Positions 1 through 8,892 are shown, numbered from the stretch's first letter. The stretch is DNA of 64,000 bases from an uncultured Gammaproteobacteria bacterium (GCA_964402565.1 CAYOCJ010000002.1:234982-298981); one strand, 5' to 3'. Notes: generated by a model from the letters alone, not told the origin. Numbers and translations: made by a program.

Positions 1-1501
1 CGTGAGCGAGTTCTTTGACTTCTCGCGCGGATTCATCTTGCCGCACCGCAAAGGTCTGCAATTGATTTTTTTTGAGCGTTGCGTCAAGTTCGAGTTGCTG
101 CAATTCGGAACTGAGTTTCTGGTGCTCATCAGCGAGCATCCTGTAGTTTGACCACTGCGTTTGATATTCGTCTTTCTTTGTGCCGCGAACGCTCTTCAGG
201 AATTGGCGGAGTTTGACCGTAAAGTTTTTGAACTTGTCTTTCAGGCTTGCGAGATCATCGGCTGTATTCAGTGAGTCAATATGCGCGCTCAATGCTTCAT
301 GTTCGTCATTGATTTGCTGCGCCTCGGCTTCGAGCGATTCCCAGTCGCGCTCCGTCGAATGGCTTGAAAGCTCTTTTTCTGCAGCTGCAATCTTCGCCGC
401 TGCAGCATGCTTTGTATTCTGGAGTTCTTTGATGCGAGCCTCGATATGCGACACTTCCCGCTGCAATGCTTCATGCTCTGCAGCAAGCGACTTCATTTTT
501 CGTTGCAATGATTCCATGCGGTCGCGTAGCATTACTTCACCAGTATTGCCGCTCTTGATAAGACCAAGGTCCTTCTTACCTTCAAGGACGATCTTCTTTT
601 TGGTCAATGCATTGTATTCTTCTTGCTCGTGGAAGAGTTTCGTCTGCAGCGTATTGTAATTTTCACTGCGGCCGGTCGCATGTTCGAATCCTTCCAGCTT
701 TTTCTGAAGTTCGCGCTCCTGGCTGCTCAGGATATCCAGTGAAGCCTGTTCTACGCCCAGCTTTTTTTTCGTTGTATCGAGATCGGTGTTCAGATGGTGC
801 AGTAAGAAGCTATAGTAATTTCCCTGCAGCTCATGCAGCTGGCGCTCTAGGTCTTCCTTGCGTTCCAGGCGCTTTACCTGACGGGACAATGTGCGCAAGC
901 GGGGCTCGATCTCTTGCAAGACGAGCTCAGCCTGATGCATATTCTCTTCAGTTTGCTCAAGCTTATGTATGGCCTGTGATTTTTTTATCTGGTATTGCCT
1001 GACGCCGGTGGCTTCGTCGAAGAAGTCTTTGCGATCCTGTGCTGATATGGTCAATAGCCCATCGATCATTCCCTGGCCTATGACCGAATAGCTTTTCTGC
1101 CCGACCTGGGCTTTTGCCAGGAGCAGCTGTATATCGGTCAGGCGCACATTGTTTCCATTCAGGAGATAGACGCTTTCACCGTTGCGGTCCATCGATCGCT
1201 CAAGGACCACCTGTTCAAAGTCGATGCCGGCTTGGCGGTCTTGATTTTGGAGATAGAGGACAACCTTGGCAAATCCAAGGCGTGCTTTCTTGTCAGAGCC
1301 TGAAAAGATGACATCTTCGCTTTTCTTTCCGCGGAGGAGCTTTAAGCTCTGTTCGCCCAGAACCCAGCGTATCGCATCAGCGACATTCGATTTTCCTGAT
1401 CCATTCGGCCCGACGATGGCAGTCAGCTCTTTATTGAATACGAGCGTGGTCGGATTGGCGAACGATTTGAAGCCTTGTATGTCTATTTTTTCTAAATACA
1501 T
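1..1501 (-). CDS. smc: Chromosome segregation protein SMC, N-terminal part (5' end of gene in window, continues beyond position 1)
   Basis: Hand translation of the minus strand from ATG at 1501-1499 gives MYLEKIDIQGFKSFANPTTLVFNKELTAIVGPNGSGKSNVADAIRWVLGEQS..., the Walker A N-terminus of SMC, followed by a long coiled-coil-type sequence with no stops down to position 1. Absent from the ORF track because it has no stop in the window. Confidence 0.8.
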   Translation of the reverse strand, partial: MYLEKIDIQGFKSFANPTTLVFNKELTAIVGPNGSGKSNVADAIRWVLGEQSLKLLRGKKSEDVIFSGSDKKARLGFAKVVLYLQNQDRQAGIDFEQVVLERSMDRNGESVYLLNGNNVRLTDIQLLLAKAQVGQKSYSVIGQGMIDGLLTISAQDRKDFFDEATGVRQYQIKKSQAIHKLEQTEENMHQAELVLQEIEPRLRTLSRQVKRLERKEDLERQLHELQGNYYSFLLHHLNTDLDTTKKKLGVEQASLDILSSQERELQKKLEGFEHATGRSENYNTLQTKLFHEQEEYNALTKKKIVLEGKKDLGLIKSGNTGEVMLRDRMESLQRKMKSLAAEHEALQREVSHIEARIKELQNTKHAAAAKIAAAEKELSSHSTERDWESLEAEAQQINDEHEALSAHIDSLNTADDLASLKDKFKNFTVKLRQFLKSVRGTKKDEYQTQWSNYRMLADEHQKLSSELQQLELDATLKKNQLQTFAVRQDESAREVKELAH

Positions 1502-1504
1502 GCA

Positions 1505-2197
1505 CTAGTTCCACTTTTTGATAGTCAGGGCTGATGCTGCAGCATTTGTTTCTGCTTCCTGTTTGCTCATGCCATTGCCTTCAGCAATTAATTCCTTGTC
1601 CAGATAGACGCCGACGGTAAAATGCTTATTATGGTCAGGGCCTTCTTGTTTCAGGATCTTGTAGCGGGGAGTGATATTGTGGATCTCCTGAGACTTTTCC
1701 TGGAATTTGCTCTTTGCATCGAGATACAGTTTTTGATCGAGGATGGTCTGGAATTCAGGGATCAGATGTTCGAGAATGAATTTTTTTGTGACCTCAAGGC
1801 CTTGATCGAGGTAGATCGCGCCGATAAGCGCTTCATAGGCGTTTGCCATGATATACGATCGCGCCTTCGGGCTTTGATCACGCGCTTCCCCGCGACTCAT
1901 ATGCATCAGTGGGTACAGGTCCAGATCTTCGGCACGCGAGGACAGCATTTTATAGTTCACCAGGCTTGACCGCCAATTCGTCAGCTCGCCTTCAGGATTT
2001 GAAAAATGCTGATAGAGATATTCAGTAACGACGAGCTCGAGAACCGCATCGCCGAGGAATTCAAGGCGTTCATTGTGATCCAGCGCAAAGCTCTTATGTT
2101 CATTCAGATAGGAACGGTGCACCAGAGCACTGCGCAGAATATCGGTATCGTTGAAATTAATTTTCAGCTTCTGTTCTAACGCTTCCAGTTTGTTCAT
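1505..2197 (-). CDS. rnc: Ribonuclease III
   Basis: 230 aa. N-terminus LEQKLKINFNDTDILRSALVHRSY matches the RNase III signature region. C-terminal dsRBD-like KQEAETNAAASALTIKK. Stop lies 4 nt before the smc start. Confidence 0.9.
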   Translation of the reverse strand: MNKLEALEQKLKINFNDTDILRSALVHRSYLNEHKSFALDHNERLEFLGDAVLELVVTEYLYQHFSNPEGELTNWRSSLVNYKMLSSRAEDLDLYPLMHMSRGEARDQSPKARSYIMANAYEALIGAIYLDQGLEVTKKFILEHLIPEFQTILDQKLYLDAKSKFQEKSQEIHNITPRYKILKQEGPDHNKHFTVGVYLDKELIAEGNGMSKQEAETNAAASALTIKKWN

Positions 2198-3056
2198 ATT
2201 CAGTAATATAGTTCAATGCTTTTGCGAACATTTCTTTATTTTGGCTATAGCTCAATATCCCCTCAGCGTCTGTTTTGGTGAACCATTTTGCATCTTTCAG
2301 CTCAGCGACATTCGGAACATGCAGCTGGTCTTTCGATGTTTTGAATAAGAAGTAGTGGACGAGCTTTCTGAATGACGGTTCGCCGGTTTTGTGCACCTTG
2401 AGCTCAGCATTGCCTAGTGGCGCGATCAAATGCAGATCGCTAATGCCGATCTCTTCTGAGATCTCCCGAGCCGCTGCTTTTTCGATGGACTCGGTTGCCT
2501 CAATGCCGCCTTTGGGGAACGTCCATTTATTGTATGCATCAAGGATCAGCGCAAAGTGGGGCGCTCCATCTGACAGCCGATACACCAAGCCGCCTGCGGA
2601 AATCTCTTTTATTCCCTGGCTCTGCGGTGATTGTTTCTCACCGCGGGTAACCATTTCTTTATAGATGCTTCCCAAGACTCCGTTGATGAATTTACCGCTC
2701 GAGGGACCGCCGAATGTTTTAGCAAGCTCAATAGCTTCATTGATAGCAACCTTTGGCGGAATATCGTCAGAGAATTTCAATTCATACACGCCGATACGCA
2801 GCACATTGCGATCTATCGTTGTTATCTGATCCAATGGCCATTCAGGGGCATAGTTGACGATAAGGTCGTCAATTTGGAGCTGATGCTTCAGGATGGCCAG
2901 CACCAGCTTCTTCGAAAAGCCCTCATCGTCAAAATCAGGAGCGAATTCAGCTACGATGCTCTTCAATATCTCCTCGACGTTCTTCTTGCCATTGTAAAAA
3001 TCCCACTCGAAGAGAGTTTGTAAGGTCAAGGTACGTGCTAGATGTCGGTTTGCCAT
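2157..3056 (-). CDS. nusB: NusB antitermination factor fused to a C-terminal NUDIX hydrolase domain
   Basis: 299 aa. N-terminal ~135 aa ARTLTLQTLFEWDF...AINEAIELAKTFGG...GFINGVLG is NusB-like. C-terminal ~150 aa carries a canonical Nudix box GGIEATESIEKAAAREISEEIGI (GX5EX7REUXEEXGU). 41-nt overlap with the rnc start. Confidence 0.8.
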   Translation of the reverse strand: MANRHLARTLTLQTLFEWDFYNGKKNVEEILKSIVAEFAPDFDDEGFSKKLVLAILKHQLQIDDLIVNYAPEWPLDQITTIDRNVLRIGVYELKFSDDIPPKVAINEAIELAKTFGGPSSGKFINGVLGSIYKEMVTRGEKQSPQSQGIKEISAGGLVYRLSDGAPHFALILDAYNKWTFPKGGIEATESIEKAAAREISEEIGISDLHLIAPLGNAELKVHKTGEPSFRKLVHYFLFKTSKDQLHVPNVAELKDAKWFTKTDAEGILSYSQNKEMFAKALNYITEYEQTGSVRTEAEN

Positions 3057-3069
3057 TGGCTGCTCGCCG

Positions 3070-3270
3070 TTAGGACTTTGGCTTGCGTGTCACTGGTTCC
3101 AAGTCAAGGACTTTGCGTCCCTTGTAGTATCCGCAGAATCCGCATGCCCGGTGGGGAAGGATCTCATGCTTGCATTTCGGACAGCGTAGAATGCGCATAG
3201 CCTTCAACGCGAAATGCGACGCACGCCGTTTGCGCTGGCCCGAGGTTCGTTTTTTGGTAGGTGTACCCAT
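3070..3270 (-). CDS. rpmF: 50S ribosomal protein L32
   Basis: 66 aa, basic N-terminus, CPKC...CGFCGYYKGRKV zinc-ribbon pattern typical of L32. Confidence 0.85.
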   Translation of the reverse strand: MGTPTKKRTSGQRKRRASHFALKAMRILRCPKCKHEILPHRACGFCGYYKGRKVLDLEPVTRKPKS

Positions 3271-3476
3271 AGGTTAAAGTGCCAGAGGCTAGAGACCCGC
3301 GGTCCATCAATGCGCAAGGGACTTGATAGGCTGTTGGTTTCTCGTCTCTGAATTACTGTTTAATGAAACTTACTATAGAACATTTTTTTTCTTTCATCAA
3401 CCCCATAGAGAAGTGAAAGAGCCATCATCCGATGGTTGTATATAACTAGTGTATAGCGAGTGGAGTATATGTGGGG

Positions 3477-3505
3477 TTGACATTAGGGCTAATAGGTGCT
3501 ATTAT
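3477..3505 (+). promoter_or_regulatory. Consensus sigma70-type promoter TTGACA-17 nt-TATTAT on the + strand
   Basis: ttgaca at 3477-3482, 17-nt spacer, tattat at 3500-3505. No + strand ORF downstream for about 1.1 kb. Confidence 0.4.
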
Positions 3506-3511
3506 CCAAAG

Positions 3512-3800
3512 TTACCTGATAGTAGTAAATTAAAAAGTAGCTAATATTAGCGAATAAATACCTGCATCCACGACAAGCATGGGGATTTTTTCTAGTTTTA
3601 CTTGGCTCAGGCTCGGTGAATGCTAGAAAGAATTTTCTTGGGTGCAGATACTTGTTCGCTACGGTTTAGGGGTTTCTGTTTCTCCTTTCCCTCTTAAACC
3701 GTTGGACAATTCTGTTCGCGGGCCGTAGCGAACAGGGTTCGCTCATTGCAAGTTTCTAAACTAAGGACTTCAAGTCCTATGATCGAAAGATCAACAACTG
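3512..3800 (+). ncRNA. Candidate unclassified structured RNA downstream of the consensus promoter
   Basis: ORF-free in all frames. Inverted repeat gttcgctacgg (3654-3664) / ccgtagcgaac (3723-3733). Competing local hairpins ctgttcgc/gcgaacag and gcgaac-agg-gttcgc. Perfect hairpin aggact-tca-agtcct (3764-3778). No tmRNA, RNase P or SRP RNA signature motifs recognised. Confidence 0.2.
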
Positions 3801-3841
3801 CGCTTTGGATAAAACCTTAGCGCTTTTTAGTTTAAAAAAAG

Positions 3842-4054
3842 TTATTTGATGATCTCGTTCAGAACGTCTTTTGCATGCCGTTCTGAGCTGATCAAAGGTT
3901 TTTCATCAGCAGCAAAAAATAACTTCATACCCTTTGCAACCGTTGGCGGTAAGAGGTCGCGGGTCACACTTATGGTCTGGCCCAGCTCAGTTTTGAAAAT
4001 GACCGAATCCTCGGTGATATCAGTGACGCTAACTTGAAGGTTTGCGAGCAGCAT
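3842..4054 (-). CDS. Hypothetical small protein (70 aa), translationally coupled to hsp20
   Basis: ATG overlaps the Hsp20 stop (TAATG). No recognisable motif. Confidence 0.5.
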   Translation of the reverse strand: MLLANLQVSVTDITEDSVIFKTELGQTISVTRDLLPPTVAKGMKLFFAADEKPLISSERHAKDVLNEIIK

Positions 4055-4539
4055 TAGTTTTCATCCTTAATTTTTATACCTTTTTTGCTCGTTTTTATTT
4101 TCAGCCTTGGCAATACGATGGTCAGGATGCCGTTCTTGATCGTTGCGTCGATTTTTTTTACATCAACTTCAACCGGTAAAATGATCGATCGCGAGAATGC
4201 ACCCCAGTAGCATTCCTGAAAGAAGTATTCCCGGGCGGAATGAGTTTTTTCCTGCTTTCTGGTTCCGCGTACGGTGAGCATATCATTGGTGATCGAGATG
4301 TCTACGTCTTCTGGTTCGATACCTGCTATGGTCGATTTTACAATGATCGTATCGCCTTCCTGATAGACATCCACTGAAAGCTGACCCTCTTCTGGTTCCT
4401 GGTCTATCCACTCAGGCTGATCCTGGAGGGCTTGCAGTGAATTACTCCTCGCTGAACCTTGTTTTGAAGTTTCGCTTTCTTCACCGCGTAAGAAAGCTTC
4501 TTCGGCATCTTGTTTTTTTTGTTTCTTTTTTCCGAACAT
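4054..4539 (-). CDS. Hsp20/alpha-crystallin family small heat-shock protein
   Basis: 161 aa. Alpha-crystallin domain pattern VDVYQEGDTIIVKSTIAGIEPEDVDISI...LTVRG...E...GAFSRSIILP..VD...I.A...NGILTIVLPR. Confidence 0.85.
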   Translation of the reverse strand: MFGKKKQKKQDAEEAFLRGEESETSKQGSARSNSLQALQDQPEWIDQEPEEGQLSVDVYQEGDTIIVKSTIAGIEPEDVDISITNDMLTVRGTRKQEKTHSAREYFFQECYWGAFSRSIILPVEVDVKKIDATIKNGILTIVLPRLKIKTSKKGIKIKDEN

Positions 4540-4621
4540 ACTATGAAATTTTTAAATGTTGTCTTTAGTATAGCATGTTTAGAGGATTGAAAGAACTATG
4601 CGCAGAAACATTTGATACAGA

Positions 4622-5182
4622 GTGTGTTATAATTACTACACTATGATTTTTCACACATTGCAAGATATTGTCAAAGCGAAGAAAATACGTGGATTCTCGC
4701 TCATTGAGTTATTAGTCGTTATTGCAATCATCGGTTTATTGGTTTCGGTCACCGCGCTCGGCATTAACAAGGCAAGACAAAGTGCTCGCTTTGCAGCAAT
4801 GTTCGCCACATTTCATTCCGCACAGGTCACTGCATTAGAGTGTATAGCTGGGCATAACAGCATTGTAAGTACCGTTGATGGTTCGGGGGGCGTCGTGCAT
4901 TATTGTGGAGATGGATATTGGCCCGCTGCTCCAAACAGCATTACGCCAGGCACGGCGATTTGCAGTAGCGTGTATACTGGCATTACACCTGCTCCGAACA
5001 GCCCCTCATGGCCAAATACGTCTCAGGGGTGGACATACGTAGGCGATCAACCCCCCGCGTATTTTGGTTGCCATCAAAATCTAAGTGCGGGGACATTTGA
5101 TTTTACTGTGATAACCAATATTGCAGGATCGTCATGCAGTATTACTTGTACTGAGAAGGGATGTACTTCGAATTCGTGCTAA
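4622..5182 (+). CDS. Type IV pilin-like protein (prepilin N-terminal cleavage/methylation domain)
   Basis: Leader ending KKIRG followed by FSLIELLVVIAIIGLLVSV (G/F cleavage site, Glu+5). Cys-rich C-terminus. True start may be the ATG at 4643. Confidence 0.75.
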   Translation: MCYNYYTMIFHTLQDIVKAKKIRGFSLIELLVVIAIIGLLVSVTALGINKARQSARFAAMFATFHSAQVTALECIAGHNSIVSTVDGSGGVVHYCGDGYWPAAPNSITPGTAICSSVYTGITPAPNSPSWPNTSQGWTYVGDQPPAYFGCHQNLSAGTFDFTVITNIAGSSCSITCTEKGCTSNSC

Positions 5183-5231
5183 AAGGGTTGACCGAGGACA
5201 TTTTTTATTGTATGTTTTGCCGAGTTCTCTT

Positions 5232-5306
5232 GGCCCTATCATCTAATGGTTAGGATATCAGGTTTTCATCCTGGAAATCGGGGTTCGATTCCCCGTAGGG
5301 CTACCA
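5232..5306 (+). tRNA. tRNA-Glu: tRNA-Glu (anticodon TTC), CCA encoded
   Basis: Cloverleaf folds by hand. Acceptor GGCCCTA/TAGGGCT with a G1-U72 wobble. T-arm CGGGG-TTCGATT-CCCCG. Anticodon arm TCAGG-TTTTCAT-CCTGG with TTC at positions 34-36. Discriminator A then CCA. Confidence 0.85.
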
Positions 5307-5316
5307 TCAAAACATC

Positions 5317-5340
5317 ATCACCACAGGTGGTGATTTTTTG
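5317..5340 (+). terminator. Rho-independent terminator after tRNA-Glu
   Basis: atcaccac-ag-gtggtgat hairpin followed by TTTTTT. Confidence 0.5.
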
Positions 5341-5492
5341 ATGGCGTCGAATTGATGTGTACATACACCTGCCGCCTCGTGGACAGAGATTTTTCGGATC
5401 TACTTATCAGAAAGGTTTGTAAAAGAAAAACCGCCATAACTCATGAAGTTACGGCGGTCGGTCGCGAGGTTTGACGCGGATCAGCGCCTGAC

Positions 5493-5696
5493 TCAATGCT
5501 GAACTGGTTGCTGCCCAGCTGAAGTTTTGTGTACATTCCACAATGCAATGAGCGCGCTCTTATCTCGCTGTATCGCGGCACTTTTCCACCCGCAGGAACA
5601 AATTGCTCGATCGGCCCCATCGCTGTAGTAGAAACCTCCATCTCCGAACGTACAAGGCTGAAGTTCGACCAACTCATGTTTTTGAGGTACGGGCAT
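5493..5696 (-). CDS. Hypothetical small Cys-containing protein (67 aa)
   Basis: Strong SD AGGAGG 5 nt upstream of ATG (minus strand). Hairpin plus T-run terminator downstream at ~5428-5462. Overlapping alternative-frame ORFs (5441..5677 -, 5529..5786 +) lack such signals. Confidence 0.4.
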   Translation of the reverse strand: MPVPQKHELVELQPCTFGDGGFYYSDGADRAICSCGWKSAAIQRDKSALIALWNVHKTSAGQQPVQH

Positions 5697-5832
5697 TGGT
5701 TCCTCCTTTTGCCAACGTTATATCCTTTTAGTGCAAATGATGGTAAAAGTCAATATTTTTTCTTTATTTTTCCTTTTTTGGACTGATGTTTTTTCAAGGG
5801 TAAAAGTGCTATACTTATGATAGCTATACGAA

Positions 5833-6150
5833 TTGACGAAAGGGGGTGAGAGTATGATGGGAGGTTCACATAAGAAGAACCCGATCCACATGATTGCTTT
5901 CGCTTTGATGGCAATTGGTGGCTTAAATTGGTTATTGGTAGCTTTTGGCTGGAATCTCGTCGAAGCTATTTTTAACGAAGGATCAACCGTTTCAATGGTG
6001 ATCTATATCCTCGTTGGTCTCGGAACTATTTATGAGATCGTGATGCATAAAAAGCAGTGCATGTACTGCAGCAGTATGATGGGAGATAAGGGTATGAGCA
6101 CCGGTGGCAGCGCACCAATGGGTTCAAATTCAATGGGTGGCAAAATGTAA
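5833..6150 (+). CDS. DUF378-family small membrane protein
   Basis: MIAFALMAIGGLNWLLVAFGWNLV is the characteristic DUF378 two-helix signature. Met/Gly-rich C-terminal tail. SD AAGGGGGTGA upstream. Confidence 0.75.
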   Translation: MTKGGESMMGGSHKKNPIHMIAFALMAIGGLNWLLVAFGWNLVEAIFNEGSTVSMVIYILVGLGTIYEIVMHKKQCMYCSSMMGDKGMSTGGSAPMGSNSMGGKM

Positions 6151-6180
6151 GCCACTTTTTTGATGAACATAAAAATACAG

Positions 6181-6225
6181 CAACCCTGCAAGGCCATTGG
6201 CCTTGCAGGGTTGCTCCGTTTTCCG
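6181..6225 (+). terminator. Rho-independent terminator (15-bp perfect stem)
   Basis: caaccctgcaaggcc-att-ggccttgcagggttg followed by a T-rich tract. Confidence 0.5.
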
Positions 6226-6247
6226 CGATCCATGCTACACTATCACT

Positions 6248-6955
6248 ATGCATGAAACGCATCGATATAATACGTCGTGGGAAAAAGTACGGCGAGTATT
6301 CCCCGCAGGCGGTCCGTATACCGTGCTTGACCTGGGGTGTGGGGATGGCAGCTTGGTCAAACCGCTGGTCAATGACCATGATGTACTGGGCCTTGATATA
6401 AACGCAGATGCAATTCGCGAAGCATATGCGCTTGGCGTGCACGCGGTTAAAGGAAGCATCGAAAACGTATTTCCATTTCAGGATCATTCATGTGATGTTG
6501 TTTTGGCTTTAGACATACTTGAGCATGCGGTAGACATGGATTTTATTTTTTCTGAGATCAAGCGCGTACTGAAACCCGACGGCAGTATTATTATTTCTCT
6601 TCCGAATCATTTTGATCTGCGGACTCGTCTCGAGATCTTGTTTGGGAAAGGAATCATCAAATGGTCGCAGCGGGACTATGAGAAGCAGAGCTGGAAGTAT
6701 GCCCATCTTCGATTTTTGACTTTGCCGGAGTGCAAAAAGATGCTGCAGGAATTCGGCCTCTACGCTGATATGTGGCAATTTAATTTCATGTCTCAAGGTT
6801 TATTTCCGACGAAGTTCATTTTGAAAAGCATGCGTCGATGGCTTGTGGCCCAGATGCCGGGCCTTTTTTCGGGGAAATTCGTTGTTCGATGCAAAGTACA
6901 TCCGGTAGATCAGATGGCAACGATCATCATTGACGAAACGCCGAAGGATTTCTAA
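6248..6955 (+). CDS. Class I SAM-dependent methyltransferase
   Basis: VLDLGCGDGSL motif I, LGLDINADAI post-I, DVVLALDILEH motif II. Start moved to the ATG at 6248 because the upstream terminator hairpin occupies 6181-6213. Confidence 0.75.
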   Translation: MHETHRYNTSWEKVRRVFPAGGPYTVLDLGCGDGSLVKPLVNDHDVLGLDINADAIREAYALGVHAVKGSIENVFPFQDHSCDVVLALDILEHAVDMDFIFSEIKRVLKPDGSIIISLPNHFDLRTRLEILFGKGIIKWSQRDYEKQSWKYAHLRFLTLPECKKMLQEFGLYADMWQFNFMSQGLFPTKFILKSMRRWLVAQMPGLFSGKFVVRCKVHPVDQMATIIIDETPKDF

Positions 6956-6966
6956 TATAGTGCTCT

Positions 6967-7995
6967 ATGACAATTCTTGGAATTGAAACATCATGTGACG
7001 AAACATCCATCGCCTTGCTGAAAGTGTCAGCAGGTACTTTTAAGCTGCAAAAGCATGTCACTGCATCTCAGATCAAGATTCATACTAAATACGGTGGGGT
7101 GGTGCCGGAAATTGCAGCACGGCAGCATTTGGAAGCATTGCAGCCGATGTTGAGTTCGCATATCGGCCGTACGCAGTTTCAGCGCATTGATCAGATTGCG
7201 GTGACCGCAGGCCCGGGCCTTATCACTTCGCTTATGGTCGGCGTTCAGGAGGCAAAGACATTGTCGTATGTGACGGGAAAGCCGCTCGTTGGCATAAACC
7301 ACCTCGAAGCCCACATCTATTCTAATTGGCTGAGCCATCTGGAATTGTTTCAGGATTCAAAAAAATATTTTCCTGCTCTCGTGCTTATCGTATCTGGCGG
7401 CCACACCGAACTTATTATAATGAAAGGACATGGCCAGTATATGTTGTTGGGGCAGACATTAGATGACGCTGCCGGAGAGTCATTTGATAAAGTCGCTAAG
7501 ATCCTGGACCTTGGCTATCCAGGCGGGCCTATTCTCTCTAAACTCGCCGAATATGGTAACCCCAAAGCGATAATGTTCCCGCGGCCGATGAGCACATCGG
7601 CCGGGTATGCAATGAGCTTCTCCGGTTTAAAAACAGCGGTTCTCTATTTTCTGGAAAAGAAAAAACAGGTCTCAAAAAAAGAAATGCCTGATATCGCGGC
7701 CTCATTCCAGGCGGCAGTGATCGATTCGCTCATGGCTAAGGTGCAGCGAGCGCTGAAAGAATATACACCGCGTTCATTGATGCTTGCCGGAGGAGTAGCA
7801 GCGAATAAAGCCCTTCGTTCAAGCTTCATCGCCGAAGGCAAAAAGAATGAGATCCCGGTTTTTGTTCCGGATCTCGAATTTACTGGCGATAATGCAGCTA
7901 TGATCGCGATGACCGGCTACTTCAGACGCAAGAATGCGTCAAAGAACACTTGGCGCACATTGCGGTTCGATCCACAATTACCTTTCGTTAAATGA
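6967..7995 (+). CDS. tsaD: tRNA N6-adenosine threonylcarbamoyltransferase TsaD (Kae1/YgjD family)
   Basis: MTILGIETSCDETSIALL N-terminus, GINHLEAHI metal-binding His pair, 342 aa. Confidence 0.9.
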   Translation: MTILGIETSCDETSIALLKVSAGTFKLQKHVTASQIKIHTKYGGVVPEIAARQHLEALQPMLSSHIGRTQFQRIDQIAVTAGPGLITSLMVGVQEAKTLSYVTGKPLVGINHLEAHIYSNWLSHLELFQDSKKYFPALVLIVSGGHTELIIMKGHGQYMLLGQTLDDAAGESFDKVAKILDLGYPGGPILSKLAEYGNPKAIMFPRPMSTSAGYAMSFSGLKTAVLYFLEKKKQVSKKEMPDIAASFQAAVIDSLMAKVQRALKEYTPRSLMLAGGVAANKALRSSFIAEGKKNEIPVFVPDLEFTGDNAAMIAMTGYFRRKNASKNTWRTLRFDPQLPFVK

Positions 7996-8483
7996 AAAAA
8001 AAGATAATCACGTACAGTGCTGCAGAAACGAAAAAACTTGGCATTGCTTTGGCTCGATCGCTGAAGCAGGGATGCGTGATCGCACTCATCGGCAACCTGG
8101 GGGCCGGGAAAACGGTTCTGACAAAAGGCATAGCCAAAGGTCTGAAAGTAAACCACGTGATCCAGAGTCCGACCTTTGTATTAATGAAGGTCTATCCCCT
8201 GAAACACAAGACGCTTTCAGCTTTGGTGCATGTCGATTGCTATCGCGTCTCATCTCCGCAGGAACTGCATACGATAGGCTTAGAAGATTACATCCAAGAC
8301 AGCTCTGCAGTCGTTGTCATCGAATGGGCAGACAAGATGCGGTCAGCATTGCCCAAGCAGCGGATGACCATGACTATTGTGTCGCGCAAAGAAAAAGGAA
8401 GAGTGATCACGATTGACGATCGTCGTCCTGGTATTTCCAAAAGTAGTAGACGGCCACATATAATCCCAGGCTCCCGAGGATGA
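7992..8483 (+). CDS. tsaE: tRNA threonylcarbamoyladenosine biosynthesis ATPase TsaE
   Basis: ALIGNLGAGKTVLTKGIAKGL Walker A, SPTFVLMKVY, VVIEWAD motifs. ATGA overlap with tsaD. C-terminal ~20 aa is probably run-on to the first stop. Confidence 0.8.
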   Translation: MKKKIITYSAAETKKLGIALARSLKQGCVIALIGNLGAGKTVLTKGIAKGLKVNHVIQSPTFVLMKVYPLKHKTLSALVHVDCYRVSSPQELHTIGLEDYIQDSSAVVVIEWADKMRSALPKQRMTMTIVSRKEKGRVITIDDRRPGISKSSRRPHIIPGSRG

Positions 8484-8892
8484 GGTCGCTCATGATATTC
8501 GTCGTGCTTTCGATCTCGAAGAAGCCATGCGGCAAAAAAGTGCCGAGGACTGCGCCCAGGTGCAGGTGCCTGGTATTGAGGTAGCGCAGGAACACTTCAA
8601 AATATTCCCACAATATAAGTATGGTGATGCCAAAACGGGCGTATATCCGCTGCGTAAGCTTGTAGTTAAAGTAACTGTTCACGTAGATAATGATGTATCC
8701 GACAAGAATACCGGTTACAAAATGAACGATGACCCAGTATGAGTCAAAAAAGCTTTGATTATCGACGCCATAGATATAGGAGAGGTCCATAGCCACAGTG
8801 TAGCGAAAAACCAGCCTTTCGCAACTGCGCGCAAGCCATCCTCTGTATCTGTTGCCATAATACTGGCACGATGCTACAGTAGGGATAGGCAC
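8407..8892 (-). CDS. Hypothetical integral membrane protein
   Basis: Multiple hydrophobic helices. True start probably the internal Met (MDLSYIYG...). 77-nt convergent overlap with the tsaE tail. Confidence 0.45.
   Translation of the reverse strand: MPIPTVASCQYYGNRYRGWLARSCERLVFRYTVAMDLSYIYGVDNQSFFDSYWVIVHFVTGILVGYIIIYVNSYFNYKLTQRIYARFGITILILWEYFEVFLRYLNTRHLHLGAVLGTFLPHGFFEIESTTNIMSDLILGSLGLYVAVYYFWKYQDDDRQS

Noticed and set aside
180-1508. Plus-strand ORFs 180..659, 607..1002, 1114..1311, 1266..1508
   Set aside because: They are antisense to the smc coding sequence, which has a clear Walker A N-terminus and an uninterrupted frame on the minus strand. Low-complexity Ser/Ala-rich translations are typical of antisense reading of a coiled-coil gene.
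3290-3840. tmRNA / RNase P RNA / SRP RNA in the long intergenic region
   Set aside because: I searched by eye for GGGG...CCACCA plus T-loop (tmRNA), GGAAAGUCC (RNase P) and AGGAAGCAGC (SRP), and none was present. I kept it only as an unclassified ncRNA candidate.
8407-8483. 77-nt convergent overlap of tsaE and the membrane-protein gene
   Set aside because: Probably a mis-set end. The tsaE C-terminal 20 residues are run-on past the conserved family end. Not treated as a real overlapping-gene feature.
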